From Octopus sinensis (taxonomy: Eukaryota): a stretch of 19,678 nt of DNA. Below are positions 10,225 to 19,678 of this stretch, in pieces. How positions within the stretch are numbered: position 1 is the stretch's first letter; each line of letters opens with the position of its first letter. A program made the position numbers and the translations under genes. The notes beneath the pieces were generated by a model that saw nothing but the letters and a program-made list of their open reading frames with translations, was not told the DNA's origin and did not search any database. Location of the stretch: contig NW_021824029.1 in assembly GCF_006345805.1 (NCBI RefSeq), positions 1 through 19,678 on the forward strand, read 5' to 3'.

Positions 10225-11020
10225 GCATTTGGATTCGCGTGCATCGCCGATAAGGACCAAGTGTCTGTGTCCCAGATCAGGCATTTGCCATTTCGGAATG
10301 GGAAGGTTGTCATCCCATCGGGGCCTTTGCCGTCTCCCCTGTCCAGACCGACTGGTTCGAGTACATTTGGGAAACCGCCAGCATTGAGTGCTCTTGAGAT
10401 GAAGTCGTTGAGTGCTTCGTGAGTGCTCCGGCGGCACGAGAAGGCGGCAGATGGCAAGTCCCAATCGGAGAGCAACTCTAATCGGGAGGGTTCGTCATCC
10501 AACAACGAGCCCGTTGATGCCCACGGAAAGGCTCGAGCCAGGAGCCACTTGATTTATGTTCTGCGGAAAGCAAGCACGCCAGGTGTTGTTGGTCCAATAA
10601 GCGCTGTAGCTTGGTGACGGAGTGTGCTGCCCAGATCTCGTCCAGTCCCTCTGTCTGCACATCTCAGAAAAGTTGCCAGCTTGGCGGCGGTCCAAAATTT
10701 TTGCAGGTTATCAGCCGGTAAGTCCAGGGAAAGTTCGTTGAAGGAGTAGAACTTCTTGGACAAGCTGACGGCTTCTGGAAACTGAGGAGAAATGCGTATG
10801 CGGCGCCAGGTCTTTGGAGACCGATCCCTCCAAACCTGACGGGAAGTTTGTCTTCGTCCAACTGATTTCGTCGAAGGCGATGTTCAGAACTGCTTCCGTG
10901 GACGATTTTAGGGAGGTTTTTTAGGATGGGAGTAGAATGGCAGGCAGCTGAGCGTGTATAGCCGTTTTGAAATGTTCACACTGCTTTTCATGGGGGAAAG
11001 CGATGTGCGGGTCCAGTGAG
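10225..11020 (-). mobile_element. Heavily deleted CRE-clade fragment
   Basis: [76 protein letters not shown]. Internal deletions and frameshifts. Confidence 0.8.
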
Positions 11021-11614
11021 AAAATGGTTAAATTATTATTATTTTATTAATTATTAGACTTTTTCAGAGAAGATGGTTATTTTTACTTTAAAATGCTATT
11101 TGGTATCCGGGGTGACGAATTTTCTGATATCGAAAAGAAAAATCATTATTAAAAAAAACATAACGACCCTCCCAATTGAACACATCTATCTACTATTCTA
11201 GTAATGCCTGTGGACTAACTAATTTAAATTATTTTATTTATTTTAACAATAGTTATTTTTATTTATTGTTTTTGAACCGAAAAGATGTAACTTTATTAAC
11301 CTAAAAACTAATAAAAATTAAATAAATAAACAATAAAAACACTAAAACTGTTTTTATACGTGAAATTACACAATTCTAAAAATCTTTATTTGAGAAAAAG
11401 ATATTTTTTTGAAGATTTATTAATATTCAAAAAATGAAAAAAAAGAATCACACAGCTCCAAGGAATAGAATCGCATGGCCTTTCCTCCATCTTCACTTAG
11501 TAAACCAATGCTAAGAAGCCAGGAATAAAGACAATATAACCCACGTGATCTGTCTAGAATAACTAGATTTCTCTAATTCAAAAAACCACACAAAAGTGTT
11601 AAAATAATTTAAAA

Positions 11615-12229
11615 TTAAAAAAAATTAGGCGGGTTAAAAATAGAGCTAATTGGCTGGAAATCCGCAGGCGGCCCATCTCGCACGATCAGTCGCTGCAGAC
11701 CAGTGCCATGTTGACCCACACACTCATAGTACTTACAGTCACTCTCGTATGGCGGGAAAAGTATGTCAAAAAACGCACAAGGACCATTAATGGCCGACAA
11801 TTGATGAATGTTCCCAAAATTTGGAGACAAAGTGAGACAACTTTTGGTCTCAGATGTGATCTCTCCCTCCAATTCCCGCCTGCAGATGATCTCAGAGGGT
11901 GACCTTCCCTCCTTGACGGGGGTGAAGGTCTCGACCTTGGCACATCCTTCAATGATCTTTACAAATCCGTTCATTTGGTGGTGGTCGTGGAGTGGGATTC
12001 GGGCATTTTCTGCCAGGATGACTATGAAGGCCATTATTTTAGTATCCTCGAATATTTGGAGGAAGATTTGTCGATATTTGTCCAGGTCGTAATCACTGCA
12101 GGCCGTGAAATTCAGATCGGACTTTTGAACACGGGAAAATAGGTTTTTTAGTTCTTGAAAATCTGATTTTTTGTTTGATGATAAAATGCATTTATAAGCT
12201 GCTTTTCCAATCAGCTGTAAAAGACTCAT
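11615..12229 (-). CDS. ADO: 2-aminoethanethiol (cysteamine) dioxygenase, PCO/ADO family, 204 aa, intronless
   Basis: Cupin motifs IPLHDHHQMNGFVKIIEG, GNIHQLSAINGPCAFFDILFPPY and DCKYY match the ADO/plant cysteine oxidase consensus (HDH...H iron ligands, PPY, C.YY). Open frame of typical size. Confidence 0.9.
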   Translation of the reverse strand: MSLLQLIGKAAYKCILSSNKKSDFQELKNLFSRVQKSDLNFTACSDYDLDKYRQIFLQIFEDTKIMAFIVILAENARIPLHDHHQMNGFVKIIEGCAKVETFTPVKEGRSPSEIICRRELEGEITSETKSCLTLSPNFGNIHQLSAINGPCAFFDILFPPYESDCKYYECVGQHGTGLQRLIVRDGPPADFQPISSIFNPPNFF

Positions 12230-12523
12230 ATCAACAAGAATTTACAACCAAATTCAAATCAGTTTATTATTTTATTTAAATAAATATTTGTTTAATTTAT
12301 TAATAAAAACTGCATTTTATCAAATAATAAAAATTTCTTTAAAAAAAAAATTTATAAACCAAGATCGTGCTAAATCTAGTCATTGAAAATGTCTTGTTCG
12401 GTGGCAGTTTTAATAAGACAGTTTTTAGCTTAAATTGATTTTAGATAAAATATTTATTTAAAATTCAAATAAAATTAATAATTATTATTTTAATCATAAT
12501 ATATTAACAAGTTCCTGGTGGTG
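12230..12523. promoter_or_regulatory. Short AT-rich divergent intergenic spacer (probable bidirectional promoter for ADO and the MAP4K gene)
   Basis: 294 bp of very AT-rich sequence between head-to-head start codons (12229 and 12524). No specific motif assigned. Confidence 0.5.
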
Positions 12524-15244
<2,721 letters not shown>

Positions 15245-15419
15245 GCATTCAATTATATATTGTGTAAATTCGTTTTGTAATGCTTTTGTTTATTTGCTAA
15301 AAACGTTCTGTTACATTTTTCATTTAAGTGTGGAAGGTCGCTTGTTTGACTATGTTCATATTAATATTGTCTGCTTAACCCGGAATATATCTTAGACTCG
15401 TCCGTAATTATCGAGCTTC

Positions 15420-17703
15420 CTATTTGATCAGAATTCCGAGATCTTCCTGTTTTGTGGTAAAGGCTTTATCGGCTTTAATAGAGTCATTCATTTGCGACCA
15501 GACCATTCTGAATTGAAACCAATTGTTCTGCTTTCCAATATTTTCCTTTGCCTCCTAAGTTTTCTTTGCCATTACTTTTAGACAGGCAGACTGTTTTCTC
15601 CAGAGACGGCCTCAAGTAATGTTTTGCGCATGTTCTTAGCTCTCCCACTTCTCGAGGGACGCCTAAATCCAGAGTTCGGTCTGCAGTGGGATTAGAAGAA
15701 CAATTCAAACAACTCGAAAGGGAAAACCGCGACTTACAAAAAGAGCTCGAAAATAATGTTTTGTTCCAAAAATCGAATTTTAAAAAGATGTGCTGAAAAC
15801 TCTGAACAAAATGCTCTCGACCCTGACAACCCAGTTGGAGGAGTCCACCAAATCTGTCGACAAAAAGGTACCCTACTCGGAACCACACAGGAACGACAAA
15901 TTCGAGAACTCGGGACATGTCTCAAGTTGATGACTACGCCGCTCAAAAAAAGTAAATTTTTAAATTTATGTTCGGAAACACGCCAAGTGCAATCTCTGAG
16001 CAACCTCAATCATTCAAACGTTCTAACAGAAAGAGAAGCGTCCAGAAAGAATAAAGTTCAAATTTTGTTTTTATTCCAAGATTCGGTCGTCTTTCAAAAA
16101 CGTTTTTGCGTTTAATCGAGGACCAAAGACCTCCGAGCCGTCAGCGGAGTCAGCGCGTCCGTTTCTAAAATTGCAGGTCGAAGAGTTATGTGGCGGATAT
16201 AAACGAATTGTGCCAACTTTTACGAGAAAAGGAGTTGTATGTCGCAGATTTGCAACTTGAAATTGTCAGCCAAAAAAATTATATAAAAAATTTGGAAAAA
16301 CGTCTCGACAATGTGGAAAAGACGCATCGGACGGAAATGATTTCGAGGCGGAAATCAAGTGATTCCATAAATTACATCAACGACACAAAAAACGGTAATT
16401 CTGAACAAAAAATAATGCCCAAGCAAATTTGAGTGATTCGTTGGATTCCGCGGAAATCATGAGTTCGTTGTACGTGCTCACAAATAACAAAATTAAAAAA
16501 GTATTTAATTAGTTCAATTCCAGAGCTTTGTTGGGAATCTATTACTGAGTCACAATGTAAAATGATGTGCCCTGCTGGTCAGCGTAAAGAAGGTCTTCAA
16601 GGCATGGAGCAGTCACTCACTCATAGAACTACCTCAACTCGATGAACTCGAATGTGGGACTCAGTCTCGAGAGCGTCTCCTCCCTCGTCGTGGGAAAGAA
16701 ACTGTGGTCGAACGGTACCCTTGCATTTTCGATTGGCAGAGCAGGGCGAACTAGCCGACCCTCCATGTGCCTTTCTGAGGGGGTATTGTGATCGGATATA
16801 CATATTACTCAAAGGCAAACAAACTGGTTGAGTTGTAGGGGCCAAGAAGGGAGCCTTTGATGAACTGGCTTTTGACTTGCTCGTTTCCAAGTCGCTTCTT
16901 TCGCGATATATGAACGATGTTGTGACTAAAAAGAGACTCATTCTTTGTGGAATTCGACTGAGTGGAAAATTCCAAATAGTCCGCCGTCTGGCCGAGCATT
17001 TCAGAGACAATTCAAAGTTTGTTTTTTGCAGTTATCGTAGTTCGACCAATGTGGAAATCCGACAAATTTACACTTCCCCGGAAACAAGTCTTGCAATGTC
17101 ACTCAACTCGATCGTCGACAACCTCAGGACTCCCTGTACCATCATTCTAATAAAAAACGTGGACATGTCGAAGGAAGAGAACGTGAGTCAGCCAATCCGC
17201 AAGTTCTTTAGCAGAATACGTAACTCCAAGTGGCATTCTCGTGTGACCTGTATAGTGTGCTCATCCTGGGTACCTGTCGCAAACACGGAAAACTGGTTAA
17301 ACAACTGGAATTGGAGTACAACTTCAAAATCCACCACCTGACCTCACACATGGAACCCCTGACCAATATTCTCCCGTGGGTGGTCTTCCGTGAAAGTATC
17401 AACTCGGAGAATTCCATGAAAAACTGCAGAAGAAACCGACAAGTTGCTACTTTTTTGGACTCGACGTGGAAGTAAATTGAAGAATTGATTGAGTCACACG
17501 GAAACGGGGAGGCGGTGATCGGTCCCTTTTTATTTGTTGATATTCCCTATGGCGGGAACGTGGGTGATTGGTTTGTCCGTAAATGGAACGACAGAATAAT
17601 CCCGCTGTTGAGACAAGCTCTCCACTCCACGCCCTCGACGGAACCCTTCGAGTGGGTCATGGAACGGATTCCGTGGAAGGTGACTCGACTGTTGATTAAC
17701 TGA
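15420..17703 (+). CDS. unc-53: Neuron navigator / unc-53 / sickie homolog, strongly shortened, disrupted in this assembly; start codon not located
   Basis: Coiled coils, IRSSFKNVFAFNRG, LLREKELYVADLQLE, VGLSLESV, PPCAFLRG, DELAFDLLVSKSLLSRYM..VV.KKRLILCG...GK..IVRRLAEHF, HMEP, ESHG...VIGPFLF..IP, WF..KWNDRIIPLL and PFEWVMERIPW are collinear with the NAV C-terminal AAA region. Micro-introns include 15617-15640, 16470-16512, 16602-16626 and 16815-16838. Frameshifts and two in-frame stops are present, so it could be a pseudogene. Confidence 0.8.
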
Positions 17704-18379
17704 CTTGGAAATATTCACAAATAGTCTGTTTTATTCTTCTTTTAACCGAATTTATTCTTCTTTTAATCAAAATATAGTCAAATCAAACACAACAAATAAA
17801 GCAATTTTTCAACTGGAATCAAGTCTTGTCAACGTTGCCCATCCGTGAGTCCTTCCGGAACGACATAGTTGCAGAAAGGGGATATCCTACCTTCTCTGGT
17901 CACATTACTAATTAAAACTCTTTATTATGATAAAACCTTTGCAGGAAACAAATGAAGTTTTGCTCGGCGATGAGAATCATCCCCCACCTCCATCTCTTTG
18001 CATACAGAAAAAACTGTAATGAGATGTGTGCTTAAAAACATTTGATATATTACTTTAAACGGAGTAGTTTTTAATCTGTCAGACTTTTTTATTAAAATGT
18101 CGAAATGCATATAAATATCACATTAATACAAAGAAACTAATTAATTGTTTAACTAAGTCCCAAGCTTTTGAAGTGAACAGGGAGTGGCCCTTTTTCCTCC
18201 TCCTCGTCTCTGGCTCTGTAGACCTCCGAGGATATGCAGTCCAGCGCTCATCGTTGACTAAATGTCAGGAAAAGACTGGAACCCCAAAGACTGAGGGAAC
18301 AGTTTAAATGGTTAGTATGATCGACATTTGTTCGAATTAGGCAGTGAGGACTCTGCTTAGTAGTTCTAGGTACACGACA

Positions 18380-19610
18380 AACAGCAATATGCTGTCGCTA
18401 TGTAATGTGGTCCTCTCTAGCATTTGTTATATTGTAGATGCACAATAAATCTGTCCATCACAGTTGCAACAATTTTATAAACCACAAAGAAGAAAGTTGA
18501 GGACTGGAAGAGAAAATTGGAACTTGTTCGAAAGCACTTTGAGCGTAGATTTACAGATGAAGAGAAAAAAATCACCTATGATATTCTCAGGTCGCTGAGT
18601 TACAAAAAATCAAAAAAGGGAGAGAAAGAAAGAATTATATCGCATATCGAAGACACTATAAAAATATTAGAAAAGAAAATTACTGTGTATGAGTTCAGAA
18701 GGGAATTCAACCACGACAACCGCTCTTTCGAATTATATCAAAGAGCGTTCTACAGATCTTTGGATCCTGCTGATCATTTATCATCTAGCATGTTTAACCC
18801 AAATAAGTGTTTTAATTTTTGGAAAGATATTTGGTCTAAAAGAACCAATATCTGTCAAAATGAGAAAATGAACTTGCCAGTCAGACAAATTGGGCAGAAT
18901 CTGATATATTCTCTGTTAGTCAAGAACTTTTCGAAGATGTTATAAAATATCTTCCAAATTGGAGATCCTGTGGCTGCGACGGGGTGTATAATTTTTTCAT
19001 TTAACATTTCGAATCTTTACATCCGTATATCTATACTGAAGTCTTAAAAATTTGTAAAGAAGAGTACATACCGAACAATTGGTTTTACACTGGGATTACT
19101 TACCTCATCCCAAAGAAGCCTAACTCGAATCTGCCAAAAGACCTCAGACCCATAACATGCTGCCAAACCTGTATAAAGTTCTCACTAAATACGTAACTGT
19201 GAAATTAACAAATTATTAGGAATATTATTCGCATGTTTCGGATAATCAAGTGGAAGCTGAAGCTCAACCTGAACAAAAAAATAATCGAAGAAATTTGAAT
19301 AAAGTTCGGGACCCTACAGGGAGATGCTTTATCTCTACAGTTATTACGCTTGTAATGGACCCATTGAGCCGATGAGATGATGGAAAAATAAGTGCAGAGA
19401 TCAAAGCACGTATAAAGAGACTAACAGGCACGAAACTGAATGGTATTAATCTCTTTAAAGCTTTGAATGAGCACGCTTTGTCCTTTTACAATTATTACTG
19501 AGACCTGCAAATTGTCAGAGACAATATCTCCCTCGTACATACCTTGGAACAGGATTGGAATTAATATCGATGAAGAGCGAGAGAATGTTACTGGAATTCT
19601 ATACTGACAT
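18380..19610 (+). mobile_element. Degenerate R4/Dong-clade non-LTR retrotransposon (pre-RT region and partial RT)
   Basis: KKKVEDWKRKLE, YQRAFYRSLD, CFNFWKDIWS, LPNWRSCGCDGVYNFF, WFYTGITYLIPKK, KDLRPITC, LYKVLTKYV, LVMDPLS, TKLNGINLFKALNEHALS. Frameshifts and large internal deletions. Same family type as 3150-3935. Confidence 0.82.
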
Positions 19611-19678
19611 AAAAAAATCGGTAGGCTGTCTGGGAAAGGCTGGTATTCTGCGGACTGAAAATTTAATGAAAACCCATT

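Noticed and set aside
10082-10230. Plus-strand coding-like stretch RYKKVREERRARSAIITRELLDISQTDSFQRF
   Set aside because: No family recognized. It runs into the antisense of a CRE fragment and is probably a TE scrap.

Overview
Eukaryotic nuclear DNA, most likely from an animal with a very compact genome. Genes are tightly packed and interrupted by many miniature spliceosomal introns, almost all 23-31 nt. This architecture resembles reduced parasitic animals such as dicyemids or myxozoans, but the taxon is inference only. Host genes: a putative 3-exon orphan gene (960-1381, -), an intact 9-exon POC1 centriolar WD40 gene (1512-2936, -), an intronless cysteamine dioxygenase ADO (11615-12229, -), a divergent 18-exon GCK-IV kinase of the MAP4K4/TNIK/misshapen type with a C-terminal CNH domain (12524-15244, +), and a much-shortened neuron navigator/unc-53 homolog (~15420-17703, +). 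The interval ~3000-11000 is a transposon island with five CRE-clade (restriction-like endonuclease) non-LTR pieces, an R4/Dong-like RT remnant, a hAT (Buster/Charlie-like) fragment, a Tc1-like terminal repeat and a 5'-truncated tRNA-Asp. A second R4-like remnant fills the right end. The strongest observation is a CRE insertion (5539-7580) with the full twin-priming signature: 13-bp TSD, poly(A) tail, inverted 5' RT segment and an 88-bp overlap. Also notable: two GC-AG micro-introns, a C-rich to G-rich strand-skew switch inside the kinase gene, and in-frame stops plus single-base deletions in the kinase and navigator genes, which may be long-read errors. I found no clear evidence for a wholly new multi-gene system.
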